A stretch of DNA of 64,000 nt from Lama guanicoe (lineage: Eukaryota): assembly GCA_013239625.1 (NCBI GenBank), contig MU056029.1, positions 186,001 to 250,000 on the forward strand, read 5' to 3'. Made by a program: the position numbers and the translations under genes. Shown here piece after piece: positions 63,110-64,000 of this stretch; position 1 is the stretch's first letter; every line of letters starts with the position of its first letter. The notes under the pieces were generated by a model that saw only the letters and a program-made list of their open reading frames with translations, had not been told where the DNA came from and searched no databases.

Positions 63110-63703
63110 TTTAAATTTTATTTTACTGCAGTAAGAACACTGAATATGGGATTTCCCTTTTAACACCTGTTCAGCCGTGCAATACAGTGCCATGGTCTCA
63201 GGTGTCACATGGTGCAGCCCGTCTCCAGAACCCATTCATCCTTCTTGGCTGAAACTTTATGCCTCTTGGTTGGTGACTTCCCATTTTCGCCTAACCCCAG
63301 GTCCTGGCAGCCACCATCCTGCTCTTGGAAGTCTATGAACTTGATTATTTCAGATCCCTCCTGTAAGCAGAACATGCAGCATTTTTCCTTCTGTAACTGG
63401 CTTGTTTCACTGAGCGTAATGTCCTCAGGGTTCATCCATGTGGTCACATATTGCAGAATTTCCTTGTCTTTTAAGGCTGGATAATATTCCACATATGTAT
63501 AGACCACATTTTGTTTATCCACTCATCTTATCAATGGACATTTAAGCTGTCTCCACACCGTGGCTGTTGCAGATAGCTCTGTAATGAACACGGGAGTGCA
63601 GGGGTCTCTTCAAGATCCTGTGGAAACCAGTGTGGAGGGTCCCCAGAAGACTAAAAGTAGAACTACCATGTGATCCAGCAATCCCATTTCTGGTTATTTA
63701 CCC
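63110..63703 (-). mobile_element. L1 3' end with an inverted 5' segment (63620-63703 on +)
   Basis: Antisense 3' UTR runs to ...tctcttcaagatcctg, then the sense-strand segment gtggaaaccagtgtggaggg...agaactaccatgtgatccagcaatccc follows. Confidence 0.82.
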
Positions 63704-63739
63704 TCTTCTGTTTTTGTATTAAACACATGTTTTTTCAAT

Positions 63740-64000
63740 TCTTTTTAAAAATTTTATTTTATTATTTATTTATTTATATTGAGTTATAGTCAGTTTACAA
63801 TGTTGTGTCTGTTTCTGGTGTATAGCACAATTTTTCAGTCTTACATGAATATACGTATATTCATTTTCATTTTCTTTTTCACTGTGAGCTACTATGAGAT
63901 CTTGAATATACTTCCCTAAACTATACAGTATAAACTTGTTCATCTATTCTGTATATACCTGTCAGTATCTACAAATCTTGAACTCCCAGTCTGTCCCTTC
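63740..64000 (-). mobile_element. Young L1 3' end (antisense), runs off window end
   Basis: ttgagttatagtcagtttacaatgttgtgtc...gcacaatttttcagtc; same family as the copies at 14158, 28850 and 51216. Confidence 0.88.

Overview
This is mammalian genomic DNA, not prokaryotic, and very probably camelid. It carries about 13 copies of a tRNA-Ala-derived SINE (GGGGAGGGTATAGCTCAGTGGTAGAG...CCTAATTACCTCCCC-polyA) that I recognise as the camelid Vic-1 family. The window is gene-poor and dominated by transposable elements: old and young LINE-1 fragments, ERV and MaLR solo LTRs, Tigger/Charlie MITEs, MIR and L2. I can support no intact protein-coding gene; nearly all listed ORFs are chance or repeat-derived. 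The one firmly identifiable gene-derived feature is a CMC2 processed pseudogene (31387-31957) inserted into an old L1. It appears to come from a transcript that skipped the ATG-containing exon. Other notable structure: a 264-bp, ~97%-identical templated copy of an ancient L1 segment 24 kb from its source; a 187-bp-period tandem duplication containing a SINE; several nested insertions; a twin-priming L1 inversion; two promoter-like motif clusters (perfect NRF1 and BANP palindromes); and an unexplained ~1.3-kb coding-like segment at 35.7-37.0 kb. I find no evidence of a novel multi-gene biological system. Repeat family names come from recalled consensus sequences, and boundaries are approximate unless target-site duplications (TSDs) are given.
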